Assembly (NCBI GenBank): GCA_964535935.1
Contig: CAZHWM010000004.1
Coordinates: 47,569 to 111,568 of the forward strand
DNA from: an uncultured Planctomycetales bacterium
GTDB taxonomy: Bacteria > Omnitrophota > Gorgyraeia > Zapsychrales > Zapsychraceae
Direction: 5' to 3'
DNA: 64,000 nucleotides
In this document: positions 37,724 through 47,625 of the stretch, piece after piece
Position numbering within the stretch: the first letter of the stretch is position 1
How the letters are laid out: each line of letters opens with the position of its first letter
Made by a program: the position numbers and the translations under genes
The notes under the pieces: model-generated
Told to the model about the DNA's origin: nothing
The model's input: the letters and a program-made list of their open reading frames with translations, nothing else
Databases searched by the model: none

Positions 37724-38257
37724 CTAAGAAATAGTTTTTGCATGTCTATATGTAGGGGCATTTTTTGGGGTTTTACCTTTTCTATTATGGTATTCTAGAT
37801 AAGTGAGGGGGGTGCCTTTACCAAGAGAGATAGTATCTATGATGTTTGCGATAAAAAGAGTATGGGTCCCTATATCTAATTTTTTTGTTACCTTTGCCTC
37901 GATTGCTGAGAGAGTATGTTCTGTAAGTATAGGACAACCTGTTGTCCCTATTTTAAATGAGATATTAACAAGTTTATTCACATCTCTTCCTGACTTGAAG
38001 CCGAAAGGGAGGATATAATTCATAGGAGCTGATTCTGATATAACAGATACAGCTAGGACCCCACTTTTTCCTATATATTCGTGTGTTAGATTATCTTTAT
38101 GTATCCCCACTGCAATCCGTTCTGGTTCAGCAGTAACTTGAAAGACAATATTCGCTAATTGGGCGTTTAATTTCCCGTTGAAACAGGAGGATATTATATA
38201 GACTCCATAGCTAAGTGTCTGTAATACATATTCGTTAATTTTAGTCATTTTTATCAT
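37724..38257 (-). CDS. Flavin reductase-like protein (Hrb N-terminal domain type)
   Basis: SYGVY, FGFKSGRDVNK, GTHTLF and PLTY..YH..KG.TPK.APTY motifs; start at 38257 or 38248. Confidence 0.88.
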   Translation of the reverse strand: MIKMTKINEYVLQTLSYGVYIISSCFNGKLNAQLANIVFQVTAEPERIAVGIHKDNLTHEYIGKSGVLAVSVISESAPMNYILPFGFKSGRDVNKLVNISFKIGTTGCPILTEHTLSAIEAKVTKKLDIGTHTLFIANIIDTISLGKGTPLTYLEYHNRKGKTPKNAPTYRHAKTIS

Positions 38258-39494
38258 TTTCAATACATATTTTATTAAGCTGTGTGCCTATTGAACGCCC
38301 AAGTTGTTGGCAGGATAGAAGATCTTCATTTTTTGGAACATATTTTATTTTTATAGGTTCGCTGATAAGCTTTACTTCCATATCTTCCAATATTTGTTTT
38401 ATTTGACTTGTCGCCTCCCCACTCCAGCCATATGAACCAAATACAGCACCTATTAATTTTGTGGGATTTAATCCTTTTATATAAGTTAATAGGTCAGCAA
38501 CAGTTGGAAACATATTATTGTTTAGAGTAGGAGAGCCTACAATTAACGCTCCAGCCTTTAGTAATGCTGCAGCTATATCGCTTCTATGAGATGATTGCAG
38601 AGGATACAGTGCAGCGGTCGCACCTGTTAGCTCAATTCCCTCTGCAATAGCACGGGCCATAACATCTGTAGTTTGCCACATAGTGTCATATACGATAACA
38701 GCAGTCTTAGATATTGTTTTTTTCGATGCCCATGACGAGTACATATTTGATATCCATTCTATATCCTTTGAACTTCGGTATATAGGGCCGTGATCAGGAG
38801 CAATTATATCTATTTGTAGATTAATAGAATTTATTTTTTCTATAAGTTTTAAGATAAACTTGGAATAGGGCATGAGTATATTTGCATAATATTTACTTGC
38901 CTCTTCGCAGAGTATATATTTATCCATTTCATCTGCAAATCGTTTGCCAGAGGCAAGATGCATACCAAAGGCATCTTGCGAAAACAGAATTCGTTTTTCT
39001 TTTAGATAGGAAAACATACTGTCAGGCCAATGGAGCATGGGTGTATTTATAAAAGATAAATTAAGGTCTCCTCCTATATTAAGCTCTGATCCATCTTCAG
39101 CAGTTATTATGTCATTTAATCCATAGTGTGCATTAAGTGCTTTAACTCCCATCTTTGACGCAAACACTTTTTCTGGATTGACTTTGTCTATTATCCATTT
39201 AAGTGCACCTGTATGATCTGGTTCGGCGTGGTTCGAGATTATATAGCAAATATCTTTTGGATTTATGACAGAAGAGATCCTTGCAAGCATTTCATCTCTG
39301 AAAGGGAATTTTACTGTATCTATTAAAGTAACTTTTTCACCTATGATAAGATATGCATTGTAAGTTGTCCCGCGGCTTGTATTATATCCATGGAAGTTTC
39401 TTGTAGTCCAATCTATTGCTCCAACCCAGAACACATCGTTTGTAAGCCTGACAGCATTGAAGCTTGAGGTGGTAATGTCTGTTCTCTTTGTCAT
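38241..39494 (-). CDS. fprA: Flavodiiron protein (class A, O2/NO reductase)
   Basis: GTTYNAY, NHAEPDH, HWPDS, DAFG, PDHG; flavodoxin domain FGSYGWSGE. Confidence 0.93.
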   Translation of the reverse strand: MTKRTDITTSSFNAVRLTNDVFWVGAIDWTTRNFHGYNTSRGTTYNAYLIIGEKVTLIDTVKFPFRDEMLARISSVINPKDICYIISNHAEPDHTGALKWIIDKVNPEKVFASKMGVKALNAHYGLNDIITAEDGSELNIGGDLNLSFINTPMLHWPDSMFSYLKEKRILFSQDAFGMHLASGKRFADEMDKYILCEEASKYYANILMPYSKFILKLIEKINSINLQIDIIAPDHGPIYRSSKDIEWISNMYSSWASKKTISKTAVIVYDTMWQTTDVMARAIAEGIELTGATAALYPLQSSHRSDIAAALLKAGALIVGSPTLNNNMFPTVADLLTYIKGLNPTKLIGAVFGSYGWSGEATSQIKQILEDMEVKLISEPIKIKYVPKNEDLLSCQQLGRSIGTQLNKICIENDKND

Positions 39495-39551
39495 ATTTTT
39501 TCTCCCTTTAGGGAAAAGATGATAGTATCTTTTTAGTCGTATAGTTTTATT

Positions 39552-40067
39552 TTATTGACTTTTGCTAGAGGGAGATTGCTTGGTCCTTGTAGCCAGTTCA
39601 CGATCTATCATAAACATGCCATTTTGTGAGCCTTCTATCAGTTTAAGTTGTTGTACAATAGCCTTTACAGAGGCTTCTTCTTCAACTTGTTCATTTACGA
39701 ACCATTGCAAAAAGACTTCAGTTGCCAAATCATTCTCTTTTCTTGCAATATCTACGAGTTCTGATATCATTGCTGTTATTTTTTGCTCATGATTATATGC
39801 TGCTTTAAATGCATCTAAGGCAGATTCCCATTTTAAAGGAGGGTTTTCTATGGCTTGTAATATTACTCTTCCATCACGTTCTTTTATATAATCAAATATT
39901 TTTTCTGCATGGATTATTTCTTCAGTATATTGTATTCTCATCCAGTTAGCCGCACCGGGCATATCTATGGAATCGAACCATGCAGACATAGCAAGATAGA
40001 GATAGGCAGAATAAAACTCGGCATTGACTTGTTTGTTTAGGGCCTCTTGCATTTTTCCTGTTATCAT
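39552..40067 (-). CDS. ftnA: Non-heme ferritin
   Basis: LNKQVNAEFYSAYLY, EE..HA, HE and LQWFVNEQVEEE motifs; SD GGAGG before ATG 40067. Confidence 0.93.
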   Translation of the reverse strand: MITGKMQEALNKQVNAEFYSAYLYLAMSAWFDSIDMPGAANWMRIQYTEEIIHAEKIFDYIKERDGRVILQAIENPPLKWESALDAFKAAYNHEQKITAMISELVDIARKENDLATEVFLQWFVNEQVEEEASVKAIVQQLKLIEGSQNGMFMIDRELATRTKQSPSSKSQ

Positions 40068-40069
40068 TC

Positions 40070-40459
40070 TTAATTCCTCCATAATCCGTGCAGATTACAG
40101 TATGCACGTACTTCTATTATATTTATATTTTCATCTGCATTAATTTCAAATTTTGCTTCAGGGATGTCCCCAGGATTAAAAAATTCCCTATATGATTTAT
40201 TTCCTGTGTTAATTTGTATCCATTCTATATAATGTGCATCTTCCATAGGATGGGGGCTGCTGCCTACTTTTACAATAATCCCATTTGTTGTTTTCTCAAG
40301 AATAGGAACATGTTTTTCTGTAGAGGCGTCTATGGAATTCTCTGTGCAAAGTGTCATTGGTTTTTCACAACATACCAGAGCAGGTTTACCTGTATGGACT
40401 ACTTCTACTATGTTACCGCATATTTCACATTTGTAGATTTGAAGTTTTTTTACAGTCAT
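40070..40459 (-). CDS. dfx: Desulfoferrodoxin (2Fe superoxide reductase)
   Basis: YKCEICGN...CC, EKHVP, HPM...HYI and YCNLHGLW motifs; start at MTVKK (40459). Confidence 0.95.
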   Translation of the reverse strand: MTVKKLQIYKCEICGNIVEVVHTGKPALVCCEKPMTLCTENSIDASTEKHVPILEKTTNGIIVKVGSSPHPMEDAHYIEWIQINTGNKSYREFFNPGDIPEAKFEINADENINIIEVRAYCNLHGLWRN

Positions 40460-40552
40460 GATCTTCCCTCTTTTTGCAGGGTTTATATAATATAATAGAT
40501 TTATAGGCAAGATTTAATGGGCTTGCTATATTTATGTAGAGATATTGGCCTA

Positions 40553-41125
40553 TTACCAATTTTCCCCAAGCAGTTCAAAATGTGCCTGTGGATGTGCACA
40601 TGCTGGGCATTTTTCAGGGGCCTCTTCACCTTCATGGAGGTAGCCGCAGTTTCTGCATCGCCATATTACTTTACCATCTCGTTTAAATACTCTACCTGCT
40701 TCTATGTTTGCAGCAAGCTCTTTATAGCGTTTTTCATGTTGTTTTTCTGCTACTGCTATTGCCTCAAATATTTTTGCTATGTCTTCGAATCCCTCTTCAC
40801 GTGCTATTTTGGCAAACTCAGGATACATTTTTGTATGTTCATAGTTTTCTCCTGCCGCGGCGGCTTTGAGGTTTTCTAGTGTTGTCCCGATTATACCTGC
40901 GGGGAATGTTGCGGTAATTTCGACTTCCCCACCTTCGAGCAACTTAAATAATCTTTTAGCATGTTCTTTTTCTTGATTTGCAGTTTCTTCAAATATAGCT
41001 GCCATTTGAATCAATCCTTCTTTTCGCGCTTTGGCTGAAAAGTAGGTATAACGGTTGCGTGCCTGTGATTCACCTGCAAAAGCTGTGAGGATATTTTTTT
41101 CTGTTTTTGTTCCTTTTAAAGACAT
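40553..41125 (-). CDS. rbr: Rubrerythrin
   Basis: AFAGESQA, EKEHA, EKQHE and WRCRNCGY...CPAC motifs. Confidence 0.97.
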   Translation of the reverse strand: MSLKGTKTEKNILTAFAGESQARNRYTYFSAKARKEGLIQMAAIFEETANQEKEHAKRLFKLLEGGEVEITATFPAGIIGTTLENLKAAAAGENYEHTKMYPEFAKIAREEGFEDIAKIFEAIAVAEKQHEKRYKELAANIEAGRVFKRDGKVIWRCRNCGYLHEGEEAPEKCPACAHPQAHFELLGENW

Positions 41126-41158
41126 TGTATTGCCCCCTTTTTTTTGTTTGTTATAGAT

Positions 41159-41974
41159 TTATAGAAATGGCACTATATCCATTTCATCCCTAATGCCAAG
41201 TCTAGTTAAAGCAAAGTCATATTTTACGGGATCATTAGGTTGTATGTATTTGAATTTCTCTGTAATCTCAATAGCTGTTTTAAGGTCAACATTTTTTCTT
41301 TTTGTGAAGCCAAGGGTATGTGCTATCGTAAACATATGTGTGTCAACTGGTACGATAAGTATAGAAGATGGAATACCTTCCCAGCAGCCCGGATCTACTT
41401 TATCACTACGTACCATCCATCGCAAGAATAGATTGAATCTTTTGCAAGCACTTCCTTTAGAAGGGGAGGGAATAAGAAAGTTAATCTTATTACCAGAAGC
41501 CTTTTTTATCTCCTCACAGAACCCCATTAGCGCATAAATTATTTTGGGATGTTTTTTATTGTTAAGATGAGATTTAAATCCTGTTTCCAAAGAACCATAT
41601 TGTTTGATTATCCCTCTTATTCCAATGAGTAATGAAAACATGTCTTCTTCTGTTGTAAATCTATATTTAAATCCTAATATATCTTTTTTTATCTCAGAAG
41701 GAGATTTCGTCATTAAATATAGCCTTGGTCTTTTCCCTAATATATTTAGGATTTTTTGTACATTTTTTAATATTTGGTTTACTTTCCCGTATGCCAAGCT
41801 GGATGCTATTAATCCAACGATTTCTTGATCCAATCTGTCTTTATAGTTATATAAAAATTCAAGAGGATCAGGATGTATAAATTTGTAATGATTATAATAA
41901 TCGTATAATCTATTGAGTTGTATCTTTAATTCATCAGTGTGGCTCAGTTTTTTGTTTTGTTTTTTGTAAGTCAT
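41159..41974 (-). CDS. TIGR02757/DUF2400 family (HhH-GPD-like) protein
   Basis: DPL, LAYG, SACKR.NLFLRWMVR, VDPG.W, PVDTH and DPVKYDFAL motifs. Confidence 0.88.
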   Translation of the reverse strand: MTYKKQNKKLSHTDELKIQLNRLYDYYNHYKFIHPDPLEFLYNYKDRLDQEIVGLIASSLAYGKVNQILKNVQKILNILGKRPRLYLMTKSPSEIKKDILGFKYRFTTEEDMFSLLIGIRGIIKQYGSLETGFKSHLNNKKHPKIIYALMGFCEEIKKASGNKINFLIPSPSKGSACKRFNLFLRWMVRSDKVDPGCWEGIPSSILIVPVDTHMFTIAHTLGFTKRKNVDLKTAIEITEKFKYIQPNDPVKYDFALTRLGIRDEMDIVPFL

Positions 41975-42374
41975 TGGATTTGTCTTTACATTTAGGACAG
42001 ATTCCCCAAAATTCTACATTATGTTTAACCATTTTATAACCATATTTTTTTTCGATGATTTTATCTACTGCTATATTTTGTTTTAGAGATATATCATCTA
42101 TTTTTCCACAGTTTGTACATTTGATATGATAGTGTGGATGAGTATGACTGTCATAGCGAGCAGGACTCCCATCTATATCTAGTTTTAGTATTACTCCTTC
42201 ATTCACTAGTTTTTCAAGATTCCTATATATTGTACTTAAGCTTACTTTAGGTAGTCTTTTTTTTACTTTTTCATAAAGTTCTGTTGCATCAGGATGTGTG
42301 TATGTTTTTGTAAGTTCTTCTATAATAATCTGCCCTTGGGTTGTTTTTCTTGTTTTTTTTATATTATTTATCAT
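41934..42374 (-). CDS. Fur family regulator, PerR-like
   Basis: HP.A, STIYRNL, H.H..C..CGKIDD and CPKC; heads the rbr/dfx/ftn/fprA operon. Confidence 0.9.
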   Translation of the reverse strand: MINNIKKTRKTTQGQIIIEELTKTYTHPDATELYEKVKKRLPKVSLSTIYRNLEKLVNEGVILKLDIDGSPARYDSHTHPHYHIKCTNCGKIDDISLKQNIAVDKIIEKKYGYKMVKHNVEFWGICPKCKDKSNDLQKTKQKTEPH

Positions 42375-42387
42375 AGTTTATTATCGC

Positions 42388-42435
42388 TAATGCTAATCAT
42401 TAGCATTAATATATATTTTTTATTAATTTTGTCAA
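42388..42435 (-). promoter_or_regulatory. Promoter and 10-1-10 palindromic operator of the PerR-like operon
   Basis: TAATGCTAAT-C-ATTAGCATTA (42388-42408); minus-strand TTGACA (42435-42430) - 16 bp - TATATT. Confidence 0.75.
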
Positions 42436-42690
42436 GTTATATTTAAAGAATTCAAGGATCCCAATAATTATTGTTATTTTTTTATTGATGTTATAAAAAA
42501 TATTAATGTATTGTATATTTTATTTGAATGTTTTTAAAATAGTTTATAAAATTCTTGTTTCTGATTATGATATATTTTAAAGTTTTTATTTATGTTAAAA
42601 AACGACAGAAATATTATTTAACATTTTACAAAATTTATTTTTACAGAACTATACATATCTTAATTTTTATATATGGAATGGGTATAATTT

Positions 42691-44208
42691 ATGTCAGAAA
42701 GGAACAATGGTAGGATTGCTTTTTTAAATTCACCTTACATATTAAAAGAAGATTTTCATCAACATATGCCACCGCTTTCTCTTCTCTATCTTGCTACTTA
42801 CATGAAAAGCAATGGATTTGATGTACGGATTTATAATTTAGATAGGTTTGTTAGGGATAAAGGATTTCGATACCTAGGCTATAATCTTAATAGTTTATTT
42901 AATAATCTTTCTTTGTTTAACCCTCAGATGATAGGCATAACATGTCAATATTCCGCAAGATGGCCATTTGTACAGAGGCTGATTGAGATAATTAAAAGAT
43001 GGTTTAAAGATATTCCTGTTGTGATAGGTGGAATTCATCCTACGTGTTTCCCTGAATATTGCCTCTGTTCAAGTAAGGCAGACTACATAATTTTAGGAGA
43101 AGGCGAGTTTAGTTGCTTGGAATTATTTAAACATGTTCTCTCAAGAACGACACCTTCTGGTTTAGATGGTGTGGCTTTTAGAGATAATAGTAAAATTATC
43201 TGCAACCCAAAGAAGAGTTTTATAACTGACCTTGATACTTTGCCTTTTCCTGATTATTCTTTGATTGATATAAATAGATATAAACAGCTTTGCAGGAAAG
43301 ATTATATAGCTCAATTAAAGGGAATGTATTTCCCAGTTTTAACTTCTAGGAGTTGTCCTAATCAGTGTAGGTATTGTAATTTATATCTTGTGCATGGTAG
43401 AAAATGGAGGGCGAGAAGTCCTGATAATGTAGTTAAGGAACTCAGCTATTTGGTGGAAACATATAAGGTAAGACAGTTTGCATTTGTAGATGATAATTTT
43501 TCATTCTCAAGAGAGCGTACTATTGCTATACTTAAAGAGATAGTTAATGGTAAAATAGGTCCTATTAAGTTTATCCCTTTAAATGGCTTATCAGTAAAGA
43601 CTTTGGATGATGAGGTTATATGGTATTTAAAGAAAGCAGGAGCACTTGAGGTATCCTTAGCGATTGAATCAGGAAGTGAATATATAAGAAATACTGTTTA
43701 TAATAAAAAGGTGTCTACGAAAAAGATAATAGAAGTAGTGAGGGCATGTAAAAAATACAATTTAATATGTAAGGCCTTTTTTATGGTAGGTGCACCAGAA
43801 GAGACAGATGATACTATTAAAGAGAGTATAGATTTGATGCGGGAGATTAGAATACCTGCTAGTTTTAGTATTACAACTCCTTTTAAGGGGACAAAGTTAT
43901 ATGATTATTATATGAAAAAAAAACTTATTAGTGAAGACGAGCTTAAGCGAGGTTACTTTTTGGATCTTCGTTTACCTATAGGAAATACAAAAAGTTATAC
44001 GCAGATTATTCAGTGGAGAAGAAAACTTATGATTTATAATATATGGTATTCGTTACCGGAGCTACTTAAACACTCAAAACTACTTACATTTCATAATTTT
44101 AATAGACTTTTGGCAACGGTTTTATTTCCAAAGAAACTTACTATGGATATTATAAATTATGCTATGGATAAGTATATGCCGTTATTTCGATATCGAAAAA
44201 ATGTATAA
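42691..44208 (+). CDS. B12-binding-domain radical SAM protein
   Basis: PPLSLLYLA, GGIHPT, GEGE, SRSCPNQCRYC, DDNF and IESGS motifs. Confidence 0.92.
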   Translation: MSERNNGRIAFLNSPYILKEDFHQHMPPLSLLYLATYMKSNGFDVRIYNLDRFVRDKGFRYLGYNLNSLFNNLSLFNPQMIGITCQYSARWPFVQRLIEIIKRWFKDIPVVIGGIHPTCFPEYCLCSSKADYIILGEGEFSCLELFKHVLSRTTPSGLDGVAFRDNSKIICNPKKSFITDLDTLPFPDYSLIDINRYKQLCRKDYIAQLKGMYFPVLTSRSCPNQCRYCNLYLVHGRKWRARSPDNVVKELSYLVETYKVRQFAFVDDNFSFSRERTIAILKEIVNGKIGPIKFIPLNGLSVKTLDDEVIWYLKKAGALEVSLAIESGSEYIRNTVYNKKVSTKKIIEVVRACKKYNLICKAFFMVGAPEETDDTIKESIDLMREIRIPASFSITTPFKGTKLYDYYMKKKLISEDELKRGYFLDLRLPIGNTKSYTQIIQWRRKLMIYNIWYSLPELLKHSKLLTFHNFNRLLATVLFPKKLTMDIINYAMDKYMPLFRYRKNV

Positions 44209-44304
44209 ATAGATAATGATATTTTGTATTCGGTGATTATGGGTTGTTGCCCTTGCTATTTTGAAATAGTATTTTTATAAATTTTAGTTAAGCAGGAGTG
44301 AGTT

Positions 44305-45066
44305 ATGTATAGGTTTTATTGTCCAGGGGTAAATTTTAGCTCCACATCAGTATGTTTATCTAATCCTGATGAAGTGCATCATTTGCGGATAGTGTTAAGG
44401 TTGAAGGAAGGAGATAAGATATATCTGTTCGATGGCAAGGGGAATGAGGCAGAAGGTATTATTTCATCAGTTGGGATGAGAAAGGTGATAGTTAATATTA
44501 TTTCTGTTAAACAATATATAAGAAATTCACCCGATATTATTTTGGCATGTGCTGTGCCTAAAAGAGGGAAGTTCGAGGTTATTGTAGAAAAGGCAACAGA
44601 ATTGGGAGTGACTGAAATTATCCCGTTAGAGACAGAGCGAACGGAGATTATTTTCAATAAAGATAAATTATTACATAAGCTCGAACGTTTTAAAACAATA
44701 GCGATTAATGCATCAAAACAATCTGGGAGAAGTATTATTCCTATTATCCATACTCCTATGGAATTCTCAGTGGCACTTGATTTGTTGACGAAGTCAGGAG
44801 TTGCTATTATACCAAGTCTTATAGGGGAACGAAAAAATTTATTATATATTTTAAAAAATTTGCAGATACCATCTAAAATATCTTTTTTTATTGGTCCTGA
44901 AGGAGACTTTACAGAAGCCGAGTATGAGATGGCTAAAGAGAAAGGTTGTGTTCCTGTGAGCTTAGGTAATACTATATTAAGGGTAGAGACAGCTGCTATT
45001 ACGGTTGTTGCCTGTGCACACCTATTTTTTTCTGTGGATAGCACAAAAGGACCTTTATTATTGTAA
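44305..45066 (+). CDS. rsmE: 16S rRNA m3U1498 methyltransferase
   Basis: HL..VLR, EKATELGV, IGPEGDF and LG..ILRVETA motifs. Confidence 0.95.
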   Translation: MYRFYCPGVNFSSTSVCLSNPDEVHHLRIVLRLKEGDKIYLFDGKGNEAEGIISSVGMRKVIVNIISVKQYIRNSPDIILACAVPKRGKFEVIVEKATELGVTEIIPLETERTEIIFNKDKLLHKLERFKTIAINASKQSGRSIIPIIHTPMEFSVALDLLTKSGVAIIPSLIGERKNLLYILKNLQIPSKISFFIGPEGDFTEAEYEMAKEKGCVPVSLGNTILRVETAAITVVACAHLFFSVDSTKGPLLL

Positions 45067-45071
45067 AACAT

Positions 45072-46886
45072 ATGCACTTATTTAATATTTTGCGTACATC
45101 TTTTAATAGCCTTCGTAGACCGGCAGTTTTGATATTTTTTTTAGCCTACATTGTTAGGCTTTTAATGAATGATGCATTGATGAGGCATTATTTCTTCTAT
45201 TTTAATCCCAGTTCAGATGTCATTTATTATGATAATTGGGCAAGGGATATAGTTTATCATAATTGGATAGGCAGGGATGTGTTCTGGGGAATGCCGTTAT
45301 ATCCTTATTTCTTGGCAATACTTTACTCTATAACATTTTCTAATCCATATTTAATACGTATTATTCATATTTTAATTGGAGCAGTTAATTGTAGTCTTAC
45401 ATATTTGGTTGCCAGTAAGATATTTGATAAAAAGGTAGGAGTGGTTGCAGGAGTCCTTGTTGCAACTAATTTTACCTTGATTTGTTACGATTGTCTTATG
45501 ATGCCAGTAGGATTAAATATTTTTTTGAGTTTAAGCATTATCTATTTTTTCTTACATAGAGAGCAAATGAAGAAAAAGAGAGAGTGGTTTTTTTTAGGAA
45601 TTATTATTGGTTTGAGTGCATTAGGCGATGGGAAGATGTTGTTATTTTCTTTGGGTATTATTGCTTATTTTTTTGTGGTTTATAGGCATAAACTACAGAA
45701 ATATGTATTGAGAGCGTTAATTCCGTTAGGATTGGGTATTTTTATAATTTTATCAGGGGTTGGATTAAGAAATAAACTTATAGGCGGGGATTGGATATGG
45801 ATAAGTGCCCAGAGTGGGTTAAGTTTTTTTGTTGGGAATAATCCAGATGCCAATGGAGTCTTTAGTAATCCATCATTCATAAGACCTGATCATAGGGGAC
45901 AGGATGAGGATCAAAAAATTATTGCTAGCAAATATGCAGGTCGTAGTCTAAGACCGTCAGAGGTATCATATTTTTGGTTTAAAAAAGGGATTAATTATAT
46001 TTTATCTTCGCCAATATCTTATAGCAGACTTTTATTAAAGAAATTTTTACTTTTTTTTACTGATACAGAAGATGCCTATGATATGGATATGCTTTTTTTG
46101 CGTGACTGGAAGAATATGCTCGATATTAATCCTTTTAGTATAATCTGTTATCTTGCTATACTTGGCATTCTTTTTATGAGAAAAAAATATAAGGAGAGTA
46201 TTTTTATTAATATTATGATATTAAGCCAGTTAGTTTTTACATTAATTTTTTTCCTTACTAATAAGCATAGGGCATCTATTTTGCCATTTTTAATTATGTA
46301 TGAGACTTGTGCATTATTTTGGTTGGTAGAGCAAATAAGAGAGAGAAGATTATTAAGAATAACATGTGTTGTTATGTCTTTTTTTGTATTTGTCTTAATA
46401 TTTAAGCCCAAGCAGGTGGCTTCTAATATGATCGATTTCTTAAAGAATTCCAAAGAATGTGTGGTTTATGGTAGAAGGAATAATTATAAAAAGGCAGTAG
46501 AGGCATGTAAGAAGGCCTTGGCCATAAGGCCATATGATACGAATACATTGTATAATCTTGCAAATATTTATCTATTTAATAATGAATTTATAAAAGCAAG
46601 GCAATATTATAAGAGGGTATTAAATATTAATCCATATCAGGTTGATGCTATGTATAATCTTGCATATATATATAAACAGAAAGCAGATTATGACCGTGCC
46701 TTGCAATTATATAAATATATTCTTACTTTGAGAGAGAGTATAGATGTGCATTATCAGATGGCATCTATATATCATATTATGGGTAAGTGTGATAAGGCTA
46801 AAGAGCATTATCTACGTATTCAAGAGCTTGCCCCTCAGTTGGCCAAGAATATAGGGATTAGACAGGCCATTGCAGTTTGTAAATAG
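45072..46886 (+). CDS. GT-C/PMT-like multi-pass membrane glycosyltransferase with C-terminal TPRs
   Basis: SD...YD.WA loop, P.YPYFLA, many TM helices, GNNP.ANG, TPR tail. Confidence 0.75.
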   Translation: MHLFNILRTSFNSLRRPAVLIFFLAYIVRLLMNDALMRHYFFYFNPSSDVIYYDNWARDIVYHNWIGRDVFWGMPLYPYFLAILYSITFSNPYLIRIIHILIGAVNCSLTYLVASKIFDKKVGVVAGVLVATNFTLICYDCLMMPVGLNIFLSLSIIYFFLHREQMKKKREWFFLGIIIGLSALGDGKMLLFSLGIIAYFFVVYRHKLQKYVLRALIPLGLGIFIILSGVGLRNKLIGGDWIWISAQSGLSFFVGNNPDANGVFSNPSFIRPDHRGQDEDQKIIASKYAGRSLRPSEVSYFWFKKGINYILSSPISYSRLLLKKFLLFFTDTEDAYDMDMLFLRDWKNMLDINPFSIICYLAILGILFMRKKYKESIFINIMILSQLVFTLIFFLTNKHRASILPFLIMYETCALFWLVEQIRERRLLRITCVVMSFFVFVLIFKPKQVASNMIDFLKNSKECVVYGRRNNYKKAVEACKKALAIRPYDTNTLYNLANIYLFNNEFIKARQYYKRVLNINPYQVDAMYNLAYIYKQKADYDRALQLYKYILTLRESIDVHYQMASIYHIMGKCDKAKEHYLRIQELAPQLAKNIGIRQAIAVCK

Positions 46887-47037
46887 TAAGCTGAAAGAAA
46901 TTATTGGTTTTTATTATAAAAAGAGATATTTGGGAATCTTAAGTATATAATTTCTTAATCCACTTTTTTGTAATATTTTGTGAGCATTAGATTTTTTTTA
47001 TATGTATTAATTTTGAAAACATTAAGAAATTTAAAGC

Positions 47038-47091
47038 TTGACAGCATTTATTTTGTTTGTTATATTTGATAATGAAAACCATTATCAAATA
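47038..47091 (+). promoter_or_regulatory. sigma70 promoter with an overlapping Fur box
   Basis: TTGACA(47038) - 17 bp - TATATT with extended TG; GATAATGAAAACCATTATC (47068-47086) matches the classical Fur box at 17 of 19 positions. Confidence 0.85.
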
Positions 47092-47104
47092 GAAGGGATA
47101 AAAA

Positions 47105-47578
47105 ATGTCTGGTAATATGAATGCGAAACGACCGTGGTGGCATGGAAGATTTAGAGGATGTGGATATAGGATTACTGCAAGTAGGGAGGTTATATTGAAA
47201 GTGTTGTCGGAAACCAAAAAGCATCTTAGTGCAGAAGAAATATTTATTAGTGCTCATAAACTTAATCCGGCTATAGGTCTTACTACTATATATAGGACAT
47301 TAGATATATTGGTGAGTATGGGACTCATTTCTAAATTTGATTTTGGCGATGGCAGATCGAGATATGAGTTATCAGAAGGTCCAGATGGTAGTAGACATCA
47401 CCATCATCTTATATGTACATCGTGTAATAGAGTTATAGATTATACTGATTTTATAGATGAAGAGGTTGATTTATTAATACGGACAGAAAAAGGGCTTTCT
47501 GAGAAATATAATTTTAAGATATCACATCATTTAATTCAATTTTATGGTTTGTGTAGTAATTGTCAGAAGCGTAGTTAG
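47105..47578 (+). CDS. Fur family transcriptional regulator
   Basis: HLSAEE, TTIYRTL, HHHHLICTSC and CSNC motifs. Confidence 0.93.
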   Translation: MSGNMNAKRPWWHGRFRGCGYRITASREVILKVLSETKKHLSAEEIFISAHKLNPAIGLTTIYRTLDILVSMGLISKFDFGDGRSRYELSEGPDGSRHHHHLICTSCNRVIDYTDFIDEEVDLLIRTEKGLSEKYNFKISHHLIQFYGLCSNCQKRS

Positions 47579-47625
47579 CGATTGTTTTTTGTTTGTTGAA
47601 AACAGCCAATTTTTATAAATATTGA

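Noticed and set aside
40517-40879. 120-aa Cys/Phe-rich + strand ORF
   Set aside because: Antisense to rubrerythrin
44379-45077. 232-aa minus-strand ORF
   Set aside because: Antisense shadow of rsmE with no recognisable motifs
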